NCBI RefSeq assembly: GCF_036971445.1
Contig: NC_091473.1
Span: 205,282,001 to 205,346,000 of the forward strand
Direction: 5' to 3'
Length of the DNA stretch: 64,000 bases
From: Narcine bancroftii
Lineage: Eukaryota
The translations under genes and the position numbers were made by a program. Shown here in pieces: positions 12,591 to 26,559 of the stretch (position 1 is its first letter; every line of letters begins with the position of its first letter). The notes beneath the pieces are model-generated. The model saw only the letters and a program-made list of their open reading frames with translations, had not been told where the DNA came from and searched no databases.

Positions 12591-13480
12591 AACAGATCAT
12601 CTCGCCGCGTATCAACGTGTGAAAACGAAGCTTTGAAAAATTATTTGCTGCTCCGTCCATGCGCCACAACCCAAATGGGTGACTTGCGGTGATTATCCAG
12701 TTTTGTGCTAGTCATTAAAATGGTCTTAATCAAATAACAGATACAATTTACTGTCATGTAATAAAACAGCAATTAAATGTTAGACTGCCATAAGGTGGAG
12801 AAAGGTTTTCCATTAGCATTAGCATTGCCCGGAACCCGTGTGACTGAGAAAAGTCCCCCCAGAACCAACGAGTGTCCGTGGAAACCTGTTGCATCTGAAG
12901 CCGCACAATATTCCAGTCCAATATAAACGATCGGCAAACGGCGCCCAAATCCAAACAAAGAGTCCCATGACGAAGCCTAAAGCCCCAAGGATCCTTCGAG
13001 AGTCCTCATTGTCTTTAGTATCACCTTAAATCCTTATTCCGAAAACCACTTCTCTTCTGGCAGCCTCCAGCAACCTGCGCCTGGTGTGAGTCTTTTGGCC
13101 TAGAGTCGGTAGTAGCCCGCAGCCTGTGTTTTTTCCACGCCTGTCAATCGCTAAGAGACCGCCACATGCTTGTGTTGTAGAGGCCATCGCTGGCCCGTCA
13201 TCGTTCTTCTGTTGTCTCCTCTGATTCTCCGCCTCAACGGGAATGTTCTCCCGTTACTGGTGCCGTGCACCAGCCCACTCCTCTTGTAGTGTCTGAAACC
13301 CCACGGAGCCGTCACCGGACACATTGGTTCCAAACTCCGCGGTCGCAGATATCAAAATAAACCACTGTCGGTTCTTTTGTCAGGCCACTGTAAGCCTGTA
13401 CGGAGCCGTCGCACAAGAACTGAGTGCCAGAAATCCACAGGTCAGCACGAGTGGCAGCGCTGCCATTGCGGCACTCCCGA

Positions 13481-14881
13481 CAGTGCCGTCATTATTCTAA
13501 TTCTGCGCCTACAGTCACTTGACCAGATGAGAGGTATGGCTTTAAAAAATTAGACAGAACTCTCACTTCGCCTCGCTCCTTTTCTCATCCGAGGATATTC
13601 TCTAGTACCGAACCCTTGACAGTGGGAAGAATTTCTCTCTTTAAATTAAAGCCATTACTGTATTGGTATAACTCGACTCAACACTTTGAACATCCATTCT
13701 ATCCAGTTTCCCCTATTTACGCACCTTATTAGCCTATCAAATTTGCATCCAGATATCACTTTTATTTACTTAAAATGCCTCTAATGTATGAACCTCTCTG
13801 TGATTAAACATCACCAGTGAAATTTACTGCAACTGCAACCTGACTTTGAAGAACAATAGACCACAAACACAGGTGACGACTGTTTGGCTGCAATGTACCA
13901 CAAGGGCGTGAATATGCATCATCATCACATCCTGATTCGGTGCATAGAGGAAACGGATAGGAAACTTTTCAGGGCGCAGGTTTAGACATGTTAGACATAG
14001 ATATTGCACCATATAGGCTATATCAATAGATGTTGGCAAATCACTCTCATTTTCCATGCAATGAGTCTTTGGGTACTCATTTGATTTGTTAGGATAATGC
14101 AGTAGCCCTTTAATAGAAGGAGAATTATTTATCTAAATCAAATAAATTCTGAAACCTTTTGGTCTTGTTCAAGCTTTGCCACCTCTTGCTGTCTTTACAT
14201 TTGACCATGCCGATGCTTCTGGGAAGATGTCAATATTTGTAAATATCCATTTCAAATCGGTCACACTCGTAACTCGCCCACCCCACCACGTCGGATAAAA
14301 TATATATGAGATTCAAAACAGGAATACAATACTCATCCTCGCTGTTGAGCTCCTGGAATGGATCTCGTATTTCGTCAGCGATGATTCCTTTCTCTGTTTT
14401 GACTCAGTTATCCCCATAGCTTGAATTTTTATTTGTAATATTATGCACTGCTCATACTAAACAAAATGTGACACTTACACAGCACTTATGCTTTATTATT
14501 GCATTACCTGGTGAAAATTATATGTGTTGGCTTGTCTGGAGAGGAGGCAAAACCAAACCATTCGCTCCGTATCAGCTGAAATGACAATGAACAATTAAAT
14601 GTCGTTTTCTCTGTTAATTTCGCTTATCAGCCAATTGCATAAAGATAAAGTAAATCAAGATGTACCTGATATTATGCTTGAACATTATTTTAAAATGTGG
14701 CATTCCGATTTGAAATGAGGCTGACCGAATGTTATAAGGATCAGTTTCACTGCAACAGATGCTTCCAAATCTTGCATCTATCGAAACGTCTCTTTGGATC
14801 GACACATTAAACTGAAGCGAAAGTAGACGTATGGTTCATAAGCTGGGAAAAGGTATTTACTTTAATTTAGCTTTGTGTTTC
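13481..14881 (+). repeat. Older internal duplication (paralog of about 28695-30012)
   Basis: Shared anchors ttctaattctgcgcc(t/c)acag, aggagaa(t/c)tatttatctaaat, aaaatgtgacac and gaaaaggtatttac/atttaattt occur in the same order in both copies. Confidence 0.8.
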
Positions 14882-15842
14882 ACAAAGGCTAAAATCCGAA
14901 CAGCGTAGAGTGAGAAAATTGTCCAAACCCTCCAGCATGCCCACTCTGATAAAAATGCCCCACTTACAGTAATCCCACTTGCCTGTTTCGCTGACATCCT
15001 TCAAATCGTGGCAATTTAGCCGTCTAGTCGTCTTAACTATTGCAAAAATATTTATCTATAATACCTCCTTCTTGCGCCTGTTCCCCAGAGACACCACACA
15101 TTCTTACCCCCTAATTTCGTGTTCAATCTATCTTCCCTCCTCTCCCGATCATGTCCACCAATCACCGTCCTGAAGTCTAATGAAAAATGTCATAACATCC
15201 CCAACCTCTGCATAAAGATCAGGCCTTTGAGTCCTGGCAACATCCTGATAAACATTCTCTTCATCATCTCCTGATTTACAACTGTTTAGTTGCACAGTAA
15301 CAAAATCAGAGCACGATAATATAAATATGGCGGAATAAACGACTCAAACAACGACAAATTACTTTCAAATATCTTTAGAAATCACTATAGCTGATACAAA
15401 CTAATCGGCGGAGAGACCCGTGACGAAAATATCGACCAGTTTAGAGATACTCTGTATTAGTAGGCCTCTGTTCGACAGTACATCTCAGCTTCATACCATG
15501 ACTGCATCGGTCCTGACCATGTTCGACCGCCGAAATCCAACACCTTACGTTTCTTAATTAAATTCCAACAAGTTTTAACAGCCCACCCAGCGCAGCCTTT
15601 CAAGATTCAGCTGAAATCTTAAGCAAACGTCTTCACCATCTAAAATGCCAGATACTCCAGTGTCAACCTGCCACATACATTTTCAGTTACGTCATTGGTT
15701 TTAGTGGCAAATAGCAATGGTCTAAACACCGAAGCCAATGTGCTGAATAACAACGAGTGGACAGTGACTGAGAAGACGAATAATAGAAACGTATCTCTAG
15801 CAATTTCCTCAGTTGTAAGCGCCAGAAAATCAAGAATATGAG

Positions 15843-15864
15843 AACCGCCCCATTCTCCCGTCAA
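15843..15864 (+). promoter_or_regulatory. Conserved subfamily-A V upstream motif (GC box + CRE half-site)
   Basis: AACCGCCCCATTCTCCCGTCAA. Homologous motifs at 50644, 56289 and 58668, each roughly 80-140 nt upstream of a leader. Confidence 0.55.
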
Positions 15865-15956
15865 ACAACATACCTGCTCCTGACTGGTGTGGCTTCATAT
15901 ATATCATAAACAGCGGCATAAACAGCGGGAACCATCTCACTTCCAAGTTTGATCCA

Positions 15957-16346
15957 CGTACCCTCTGTGGTTCATGCTAATTTTGTTATCTGTTATTTCC
16001 CTGTGAATCACTTTGCCGTCCGTGGCTAAGGTTCACCTTTAAGCGTATCATACGTTCCGTGCTTTGTTGCCGGGGTCTTTGGTGACGATTCTACCTCCCA
16101 GAATCTATCTGAGGTATCGGTGGAAGAGTAACAAACTGTAACGCGGACCTGCAATTACCCGGAAACATTCGTTGTTAATACTACCTTCTGGTGCATCCTG
16201 AACATGCGCCGAGAAATGTACTAAAATATTATGCATTGGGTTCGAAGACCATTCTTCGGATTTCTGTTGTTGATCGGAAAACAAGTCGTACGGTTCGTTT
16301 AATTACCTCCGGCGTCCTTGTCTTTGATTTAGCCTTGTCTTTCACA
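15957..16346 (+). pseudogene. TCR V pseudogene, subfamily A
   Basis: Leader relic with ACG in place of ATG (TYPLWFMLILLSVIS). Acceptor cag mutated to ccg. GDDSTSQNLSEVSVEE* is followed by frameshifts and deletions, and Cys104 is lost. Confidence 0.85.
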
Positions 16347-16385
16347 CACATTACAGTAGAAAATAAATAAATCGGTACAATAACC
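16347..16385 (+). other. 23-RSS retained on pseudogene
   Basis: CACATTA + 23 nt + ACAATAACC. Confidence 0.8.
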
Positions 16386-18289
16386 CTCCTTAGTAGTTAC
16401 AGTGAGCTTTAACCAGATGGCGGCCTTACCTTCGTAAACAAAGCATATGATCCCGTAGCACAAACAAAAGCGTAATAAGCCCCTGACACAATTTAAAGGG
16501 TCAGGTATCTTCTGCGGAGGTCCATGTTTTGTCGTTTTGGGCCAAGAACCGGCAGAATCTCTCAGAATACAGAGGGAAGTGTTTCAACGTAAAGAGGAGA
16601 ATGAATGGCGTGGGACAAGGTAATGCATGTTCTTGGATCTATCAGGTGAGAGTTATATGCGGATAGCACCTCTCTTTGAATGTGTTCCACACCCTTTTTC
16701 AGTACCGATGTGCTTAATGTATCTGAGCACTCCATAGCATCGACTGACTCTTCCTCAGTAACTACTTCACCCACCTCCAATCAAGTGAAATTTTATGCGG
16801 TTGCCAGTCAGGTCATTTCTTTTGAATATCCATTGAACTGAATATTTCCACAAGTGCCTTACCTGTGGGATCCAGTCGAATTATGTGGAGAATTAGTGAC
16901 GTCGGACATTGAATCCAGTAACACAGTCTAAATGCATCCTATATTTGTTAAGATATCGCTTTGAAATCGTGTTGCCAGGAATTGTGAAGAAATGTAAAAT
17001 CACAGAAATACTTTCTCGTTTATTTAACCAGGAAGCAGTTGTGCTGTCTGCTGCTTGACCATGGCAGGGGAGAGCGTACGTTTTTACAAGTTTGGGCACT
17101 GTACAACTTTTAGGATCATAGCACGGATCAACTCTTTGTATGAGAACTTCGAAAAAAATAACTGTTATCGTTACCTTAACAACAGGCTTCGAACAGAAAC
17201 GTTGTTTTTTCCCAGCATCGTGGGAAGGTAAGGGCATGAGGTTCGTTCGAGAAATAGTGGATATTGAGAAAAACATTAATGCATCAAGAAACATAGATAG
17301 TGAGAGATTGCGAGGGAATTACAGAGGCATGGTTACAGATGGACAGACAAAGATGGAAAAACAGTCAACGCAGATGAAGAAAAACTGTTATAGATTCGTG
17401 GAGCGAATCCACATCTCTTACCTTGACCATGCCGATCAAACTGTTCCACTCACACAAGTCTCACCTTGCAATCGTATGTATCTCCATCACCTCATTCTGC
17501 AGCCATTTCTGTATATACACCAGCTGCACACTTTCGTCCACCTCAATAACCTGTTAAATATAATTTCCCACAACTTAAGCCCATGGTAACAGATTCCCCA
17601 ACTCTAAGCCAAAGTCTGTGTTCACCCGATAAATCTCTCTGCTGATTATATGTACACTACGAGATCACCGTAACTGTCGCACACTCCAATGAATGGTCAT
17701 AGCATTCTAAAACTTGCCATCCAGCTCAGGTTTCCGAATTGTACCAACATCTGGATGAATATTCTCTTCAACCTTTCCTGTTTCACAACTTCGTTTCTAT
17801 TGCACGGTGATCATGTTAGAACAACAATAATCCAAAGGGGGCCACTTCAACGTCTCAAACAACTGAAAAATTACTTCCAAACCTTGTACTCCACACTTTG
17901 ATTGATACTAGCCAATCTGAGTTGAGCCCTGTGACGATCATATCTACCGGTTTAGAGATATCAGTACCCGAACATTTCTGTTCTTCAATGATTTTCATAT
18001 CCATTCCATTCACTCCGTGGGTCATGACCACACAACGTCTCCAAATGCAGAACCTTACATTTCTGAATTAAATTACAACAGCCATTCAACTGCCTAACGG
18101 TTCAAGATTCTGCTGCAACCGTTGGAAAATGTCTTCACAAACTAACATACCAGACACTTCTGTGTCATTCGGAAATTTGAAAATCCTGCCAACTACATTT
18201 TTATTCAAAATGTATGAATTACGTCACTTCTGAGAAATCAGCCTATCACATGCTGGAGGAACACCAGATAGAAATACAAAATGGCCTCA

Positions 18290-21200
18290 TTTATGAATTA
18301 CCCCAGACATTAATCTCACGAGGTTTATAAGTAATAAGAGAATTTCGTCTAACAGCATTAAAGGTCCTCGATATCTGTCCTTTCTTTAATTGCCACGCCA
18401 ATACCTTACGTGCTTTCTCTCCCCATTCGTAATGCCGTTGTTTAGTCCTATTAATCACACATTAAAATTGATAAGATTGCAAAGTATATTTCAATTTCAA
18501 CCTAGATAATTCTATTTTCTGATCTTCTGTAGCATCTTTCTGAAATTCCTTTTCTAACTCATCGATCTGTTTCTCTAATCCAAATCTCTGATTTAATCGA
18601 TTCTTTTTTTATTTTAGGATAACTAATTATTTATCCTCTCAAATAGGCTTTCATAGCATCCCACAATACAAACTTACTTTGAACAGAATTAGAATTTTCT
18701 TTTAAAAAATTAATTTGTTTTTTTAAAAAAAACAATAAATTGCATAATTTTAAGCAACATTGTATTAAATCTCCAACGATATGCTATTTGAATTTTATCA
18801 GAAGTTTCATACGTAAAATATAAGAGAAAATGATCTGAAATCACCCTACTTTTATATTCTGCTTGTTGTATTTTTCCTTGTAAATGTGCCGATACTAAAA
18901 AGAATTCAATCCATAAAAACGATTCATGTCTAAATGAATAAAAGGAAAAAAATCTTTCTCTGTCAGATTAAGACGTCTCCAAATATATACTAAATTAAGG
19001 TCTTTCATCAACGCTTGGACCTGAATTGCCATCTTGGATTTTTAACTTTCTTCAGAGATTTATCTAATAAAGGTTATAAAACACAATTAAAATCATCATC
19101 AACTAAAATATTATCATTAGCCTGATCCAAGCATAAAAATGCATCTGAAATAAATATTTTATCATCTGCATTTGGGGCATAAACATTAATTAAAGTCCAA
19201 AATTCACTAAAAATCTTACAATTCAATTTAAGAATACATCCTGCCTTTTCCTGCATTGATTGTATTTCAAAAGATAATTTTTTATGTATAAAAATTGCTA
19301 CACCTTTAGCTCTAGAATTAAATGAAGACGAATTTCCACGCCCAACTCTGTCCCTTTTTAATTTCACACTTTCCATCACATTCAAATGTGTTTCATGTAA
19401 AAAGGCAATATCAATTTTCATTTTCTTAATATACGCCAAGACTCGCTTATGCTTAATTGGACTATTTAATCCTCGAACATTAAAAGTAGCAAACCTCAAC
19501 TCTGACATATCTACTATTGTTACTAAATATCAACATTATCTTTATATAAAAACGTATATAGGCCCTCCAATAGAAAAAAATCATAATTTAAAAAGTAAAT
19601 AAAATCAAAATAAAATAATAAAAAAATAAAAGTTAATCCCACCTCAAAAAAATCTACCAAAAGGTAATAATCTCCTAAACAAAAATTGGGTGTGGGTCAC
19701 CAACCAGTGGCTGATGACTAGTAAAGAACTTAGAGCAAATCTCTCCCTCCCCAGCCAAACAGTCAGTAACATCAAAATATCATAATAACAAAAGAAAAGA
19801 TCGAATAAGAAAATTCTTCTTTTTATCCAGAAGAATCCAAACTCGAAGATCCCATTTCAGAAGGAGGTAGCCTCTTTCCATTCCCGTTTTTCCCCTTTCT
19901 GCAATTTCTTCCGCTTCCAGAGCAACCAGATTTTTCTTTAGGAGATAATGGTCTTTGTCCTCTTATATCTGCCAATGAATCAGCAAAAATCATTACTTCA
20001 CTATCTGTTTAAAAAATCCGAAATTGATAGTCTCCATAAAACACTTTCAACACCGCAGGGTAACAAAAAGTAGACTTATAACTTTTATGCCACAAAACGT
20101 CTTTAACTGGATTGAATTGACGTCGACGTTGAATGACCTCTTGACTCAAATCAGGATAAAAAGACTCTGCTATTCTGAATCAATAATGGGGTTTGTCATT
20201 GTCTCGTATTTTGTACTGCAAGTCGAAGTATTGCTTCTCTGTCCAAATAACTCAAACATCAAATTATTACCGGTCTCGGTGGTTGACCAGCTGAGGGTAT
20301 TTTTCTTAAAGCTCTATGGGCTCTTTCCAGTACCAATCTCCCAGAGACAAATTCTTGCCCAAATATTTGCGGAATCCAGTCTTCAAAGAAATGAAGAGGA
20401 TCTTGTCCTTTTATACCTTCTGGCAAACCAACAATTTTCTCATTATTCCTTCTGCTTTGATTGTCCAAGTAATCTATTTTTCTTTCCAGCTCTTTCTCAC
20501 GTTCTCCTAGTTCTATAATTGATTTTTCCACCTTCAACACTTTTTCTGTGTTAGAAGTCACTTGTTGTTTACAGTCCAAAAAAGCAGTGTGAAATTTTTA
20601 AAAATTCTTCAAAAGATGCATCCACACGTGTCTTAACCATATTTAATTATGAACTTATACAAGCATTCATTTGAACCATTTCAGTCATTTGAGATGTCAA
20701 CAAAGGTTTTATAACAGCTTCAACAAATGCATTCAATTGCATACACTGTGATTCAGTAAAGCTCAGCTCTGCTCTCTCTGACATAGTGGCAGAACAAGGT
20801 AACTGCAGCTCCTGCTGCAACTCAACAGAAGGCATTTTTAAAAGTTTTACTGCAGGTCGGGACTCCCAGCGACGGCACCCGACTTACTCAGGGGGTTGCA
20901 GCTGGTCTCCCCCCGCATCTCGTTGTTGTTTCATCATTTCACGAAGAAAACGATTTCTTCAGATTGAAATGCTACCTGATGCATTTCCAACAATGGAGTC
21001 GTCTTCCTGCATGCTCCCTCCGTTGAAATCGAAAGGCTTTCCAAATTTGGGTCCACTTCTTGGAAACACTCACCTTCTTCCGGAGAATGGGTAATTCCAG
21101 CGCCATCCTTCATTTGGTGAGCAATAAATATTTTTTTAAGCCCCCACAGGCAATCTTTGGGGTTTAGATAATGAAGAGATTGAGGCTGGGGTTGTATCAA

Positions 21201-21421
21201 GTCGTCTTGGTCCCAAATCTTCAACACTTGGAAAATGTAACTTCTTCTGAACTTGAGGTTTAGTCATTTTACCATTAGTGGCCATAATAATTCCTTAATA
21301 CTTTAAACTAAAATTTAAAAAGCTTAAACTTGAAAACAATGGGTTAAAACAGGTATTTAAAAGTCTGGCCAGAGAGGTCGAGATTGCACGTCGTGACTCT
21401 ATGACATCATGCCACGCCCCC
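18290..21421 (-). mobile_element. L1/Tx1-like LINE, 5' half (5'UTR, ORF1, APE endonuclease of ORF2), 3'-truncated
   Basis: 19508(-) MSELRFATFNVRGLNSPIKHKRV..IAFLHETHL..NVYAPN..DDDFNCVL is the endonuclease. ORF1 contains LDNQSRRNNEKIVGLPEG..ERAHR..PPRPVII. GC-rich 5' start gggggcgtggc. Confidence 0.9.
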
Positions 21422-21427
21422 GGTCAT

Positions 21428-22325
21428 GGAGGTCCTCCATCAGCCAGCTCCCCACCATGACTACCAGCCCCCCCATATCTCCATCGGGCACACAAAACTC
21501 AAAACGGTCAACCAGTTTACCTATCTCGGCTGCACCATTTCATCAGATGCAAGGATCGACAATGAGATAGACAACAGACTCGCCAAGGCAAATAGCACCT
21601 TTGGAAGTCTACACAAAAGAGTCTGGAAAAACAACCAACTGAAAAACATCACAAAGATAAGCGTATACATAGCCGTTGTCATACCCACACTCCTGTTCGG
21701 CTCCGAATCATGGGTCCTCTACCGGCATCACCTAAGGCTCCTAGAATGCTTCCACCAGCGTTGTCTCCGCTCCATCCTCAATATTCATTGGAGCGACTTC
21801 ATCCCTAACATCGAAGTACTCAAGATGGCAGAGGCTGACAGCATCGAGTCCACGCTGCTGATGATCCAGCTGGACTGGGTGGGTCACGTCTCCAGAATGG
21901 AGGACCATCACCTTCCCAAGATCGTGTTATATGGCGAGCTCTCCACTTGCCACCGTGACAGAGGTGCACCAAAGAAAAGGTACAAGGACTGCCTAAAGAA
22001 ATCTCTTGGTGCCTGCCACATTGACCACTGCCAGTGGGCTGATATCGCCTCAAACCGTACATCTTGGCGCCTCACAGTTCGGCGGGCAGCAACCTCCTTT
22101 GAAGAAGACTGCAGAGCCCAGCTCACTGACAAAAGACAAAGGAGGGAAAACCCAACACCCAACCCCAACCAACCAATTTTCCCCTGCAACCGCTGCAACC
22201 GTGTCTGCCTGTCTCGCATCGGACTTGTCAGCCACAAACGAGCCTGCAGCTGACGTGGACATTTACCCCCTCCATAAATCTTCGTCCACGAAGCCAAGCC
22301 AAAGAGAGAAAAGATAAAGAGAAGA
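21428..22325 (+). mobile_element. RTE-clade LINE, 5'-truncated, young
   Basis: Uninterrupted 275-aa C-terminal ORF (FTYLGCTIS, C-terminal CNRCNRVCLSRIGLVSHKRAC zinc finger) and tail gaagccaagccaaagagag. Confidence 0.92.
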
Positions 22326-23039
22326 TCACCAATAATTGTCTTGTGGAACTATCAGTAAATTCATAGCCTTTCCAAAATCTCCATCCATCTCAGGAGTCTG
22401 AGTTCTGGAAACATCTTGATAATTATTCTCTTCCACATGTCCAGATTGACAACTTAATTTCTATTACACGGTGACAAAATCAAAACACAATAATCCACAT
22501 GGTACCACATCAAAAACCCAGAAAGCTGAAACACCACTTTAAAACGTCCGTGCGCAACAATGAAAGTGATGCTGGCTAATGTGAAGAGAGGCTTGCGACC
22601 AGCATATCTAGCAATATAAAGATACTCTGTACCTTTCCGCCTCTGTTCTGCAATGCAGCTCAGATTCATAACATTGACCAAGTAGTTCCTGACCACGTTA
22701 CACCTCCCAAATACCATACCTCACATTTCTGAATTAAACTCCATCAACCATGCAACTACCTACCAGACCAATCGTTCAATGGTTTGCAGCAAACTTTGGC
22801 AAACATCGTCACAATCTTAAATATCAGAACCATGTATATTTTCATTTAAACGATTAATATAGGTGAGAAACAGCAATGGTCCCTGCACAAAATCCAATGG
22901 ACAAATTTCGTCACCTGTGAGTGATTAGCAATTATATACTGGGGAAACACCACTTCCACAGTCATATATTATCAAGGACTGGAACATGTTACATATATTC
23001 AGGGCCATTCTGTTAGGTCCAGCACAAACACCGTGCTGA

Positions 23040-23470
23040 GACTATGGCCCTCAATGACCATTTCATGGATCCCCGCTAATTCCCTCCTTTCTTGGTTCAT
23101 GTGGGAACTTTAGTTTTGTTTTACTTCCAGATATGGAAATTTCTGCGCTTTGCTGCACTGTTGTATGTCGATAATTCAATGTCTTACAATAGTTTGAGCT
23201 TTCGCGAGAAGAACAACGATCTGTAAGAGGGAATTGCAGTGACGACACTGTCATTTGGTAAATTTGGTGAACTGAAGCATAATCGAAATATCTTCTTCAG
23301 ATATTGAGTAATGGATCTGAAGAGCGATCTCGTTTCTCTAGACAGGGGTTCAGTTGTTATGATGTCGCTATACCTATAGATTTCTCTGTGATCCTTGTGT
23401 TAGAAACCGAAGCGTTTGCGTGTGACACACTCGACGGCGGAGACGCAGCGGACCCGAACACAGGACCAAT
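23040..23470 (+). pseudogene. TCR V relic, subfamily B
   Basis: ELSREEQRSVRGNCSDDTVIW*IW*TEA*SKYLLQILSNGSEERS. Degenerate RSS-like cacactc at about 23426. Confidence 0.7.
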
Positions 23471-24018
23471 ACCTGGTAGTTTCAGCAGGCTCTCAGCAAA
23501 AGTAACACATCCTCGGCTGAAGTGAAGTGATGTGATCAGACGCAGAACAATTTTCCGCTGTTTATACCTGGACGTGCATGTAAGTTCATATTATTTTCAT
23601 GTCCAATTGGTTTCATGTTCAGGAGAAGATACTTTGTGATTTACCGAATCGTATTCTATAATCGATGATTGACTCACAATGCAAAATATATTTTCGAGTA
23701 TAATGGACAATGTAGATGTTGTGAAGTACGGAGTATGTGTGATGTTGAGATGCGAGACAGTGACATACATTATGTACACATCAACACACGAACATAAACA
23801 CNNNNNNNNNNNNNNNNNNNNNNNNNNNNNNNNNNNNNNNNNNNNNNNNNNNNNNNNNNNNNNNNNNNNNNNNNNNNNNNNNNNNNNNNNNNNNNNNNNN
23901 NNNNNNNNNNNNNNNNNNNNNNNNNNNNNNNNNNNNNNNNNNNNNNNNNNNNNNNNNNNNNNNNNNNNGCACATAGAATCACAGAAAGCGAGCGAGAGAG
24001 TTGTCTGTTTTGTTGCAG

Positions 24019-24357
24019 ACACCTTTGGCGATTATTCTATCTCCGAGTATCAATCTGAAATGTCGGAGGAAGAGGGACGAACTGTAACGCTGAACTGGAA
24101 TTACACGGCTCCATACTGTGCCGATATAGCCGTCTGGTACATCCTGCATCTTGGACATGTGCCACGATACGTACTGAAAATATGAAGCACTGGGCTCGAA
24201 TGCAAGTCGTCAGATTTCTGAAACCGATTTTATGCTGTTTATCACAAAAGATATCGGCTGGTTCTTTTAACAATATAGGGCGTCCTTGTCTTCGAATCCG
24301 ACTCAGCAATGTGGTCGAAACATTGCGACAGAGAATTTGCACAATCGTTCAATGACC
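24019..24357 (+). pseudogene. TCR V pseudogene, subfamily A, dead RSS
   Basis: After ttgcag: TFGDYSISEYQSEMSEEEGRTVTLNWNY..VWYILHLGHVPRYVLKI* (Cys23 to Trp, stop at 24183). RSS AACATTG + 23 + TCAATGACC lacks the CAC. Confidence 0.88.
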
Positions 24358-24775
24358 ATTCCCAGTTGTGATCTCTAGCTGTCACTAGACGGAGCCGTTA
24401 TCTCCTCGAACAAAGCAGCGATGGATGTTGACACAAAGCGAATGATGTCCTGGTACAACTCTGAAGGACCGATTATTCTTATGGAGTATGTTCATCATCT
24501 TGTGTGAAGATACTGCATCAACTCGCCCAATGGAGAGGCAAGACGGTCTGAATAAAGAGGCATAACGATAGCGTTATGCCGTTTATTGTATGAATCAGGT
24601 CAGGGCAATATGGGGATCACAAGTCACAGCGAAATTTGCGCACCTTGTTTTAAAAATGATTTGTCGCAACAGCCCTTGCATCTCCACAATTTTAAATTCC
24701 TATTGCTCAATAAATTCATCGTCCAATTCCAACCAAACAGAATTCTGTGCAGTTGTCAGAAGGGTAATTCCTCGT

Positions 24776-25708
24776 TCCAGGCCAAACATTTTTGCGGAAA
24801 CTGCCAAAATGTTTGGCCTGGAAGTCAGCCTGAAGAAAACGGAGGTCCTCCATCAGCCAGCTCCCCACCATGACTACCATCCCCCCCACATCTCCATCGG
24901 GCACACAAAATTCAAAACGGTCAACCAGTTTACCTATGTCGGCTGCACCATTTCATCAGATGGAAGGATCGACAACGAGATAGACAACAGACTCTCCAAG
25001 GCAAATAGCGCCTTTGCAAGACTACACAAAAGAGTCTGGAAAAACAACCAACTGAAAAACCTCACAAAGATTAGCGTATACAGAGCCGTTGTCATACCCA
25101 CACTCCTGTTCAGCTCCGAATCATGTGTCACCTACGGCTCCTAGAATGCTTCCACCAGCGTTGTCTCCACTCCATCCTCAAAATTCATTGGAGCAACTTC
25201 ATCCCTAACATCGAAGTACTCGAGATGGCAGAGGCCGACAGCATCGAGTCCACGCTGATGAAGATCCAGCTGCGCTGGGTGGGTCACGTCTCCAGAATGG
25301 AGGACCATCGCCTTCCCAAGATCGTGTTATATGGCGAGCTCTCCACTGGCCACCGTGACAGAGGTGCACCAAAGAAGAGGTAGAAGGACTGCCTAAAGAA
25401 ATCTCTTGGTGCCTGCCACATTGACCACTGCCAGTGGGCTGATATCGCCTCAAACCGTGCATCTTGGCGCCTCAGATTTCGGCGGGCAGCAACCTCCTTT
25501 GAAGAAGACCGCAGAGCCCACCACACTGACAAAAGACAAAGGAGGAAAAACCCAACACCCAACCCCAACCAACCAATTTTCCCCTGCAACCGCTGCAACC
25601 GTGTCTGCCTGTCCCGCATCGGACTTGTCAGCCACAATCGAGCCTGCAGCTGACGTGGACTTTTACCCCCTCCATAAATCTTCGTCCGTGAAGCCAAGCC
25701 AAAGAGAC
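24776..25708 (+). mobile_element. RTE-clade LINE, 5'-truncated, with 10-bp TSD
   Basis: Near-identical to 21428-22325. TSD AATTCCTCGT at 24766-24775 and 25709-25718. Small frameshifting deletion at about 25126 and a stop at 25381. Confidence 0.93.
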
Positions 25709-25824
25709 AATTCCTCGTGAATCACAGTTTAACTGCACAGTTCGACAAGTGGCATGTCGCTAATTCTTTTTGTCCAAATTTGCAGTCAAGTAAATTTTAA
25801 AATATCAATTAAAAAAGTTAATTT

Positions 25825-26064
25825 TTGGCATACAGCGCCATAACAAGGCATTGTAGCCCAAAAGCGTATGTCGCCAAATTACCCCCATGTATCAACAACC
25901 TCCGGGACTTTCAAAGGTTTGGAGGAAACAAGTCCTGCCGGGACAAATCCATGTAGATAGGGGAAAGGTACCAACTCCTACAGACAGATCAGGATTCGAA
26001 CCCCGGTCCTGATGGCTGGTGCTATAACAGCGTGGTGCTAACCGCTACGTCAACGCTGCCGCCC
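25825..26064 (-). mobile_element. tRNA-derived SINE (V-SINE/HE1-like)
   Basis: The minus strand begins gggcggcagcgttgacgtagcggttagc (A box), has B box GGTTCGAATCC (25992-26002), then a V-domain-like body. Confidence 0.75.
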
Positions 26065-26559
26065 CGACTCCAAATGCGTCCCATAATTATTACATCACCT
26101 TGCGAATCAGTGGATAGATTTAACATTTCTATGAGAACTTTTGAAATGCAGAAATCATTTTAATTTTTGAAGATCTGCTTCAAATGGAATCGCAGAACAG
26201 TACATTGAAAGCAGGAAGCAGAAAGGCGGTGCAGAACTCGAAAGAAATTTTATGTCGTCAAGGATTCTGTAATATCAAAGAGATATATAGTAAGAAGTGA
26301 AAGTGAGCGTCAGTGAGTGACAGAGAGTGAGAGAGAGAGAGAAAGATAGAGTGAGAGAGANNNNNNNNNNNNNNNNNNNNNNNNNNNNNNNNNNNNNNNN
26401 NNNNNNNNNNNNNNNNNNNNNNNNNNNNNNNNNNNNNNNNNNNNNNNNNNNNNNNNNNNNNNNNNNNNNNNNNNNNNNNNNNNNNNNNNNNNNNNNNNNN
26501 NNNNTAGGCAACCCCATTAATTGCAGTTGAAGAGAGAATACGCCCATGCATCCAGGTAA

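Noticed and set aside
21820-22317. Overlapping antisense and alternative-frame ORFs repeated at 25205-25720 and 34668-35234
   Set aside because: Shadow frames of the GC-rich RTE ORF, repeated because the element is repeated.
25992-26064. tRNA gene
   Set aside because: A and B boxes are followed by a SINE body and no cloverleaf is evident, so it is a tRNA-derived SINE head.
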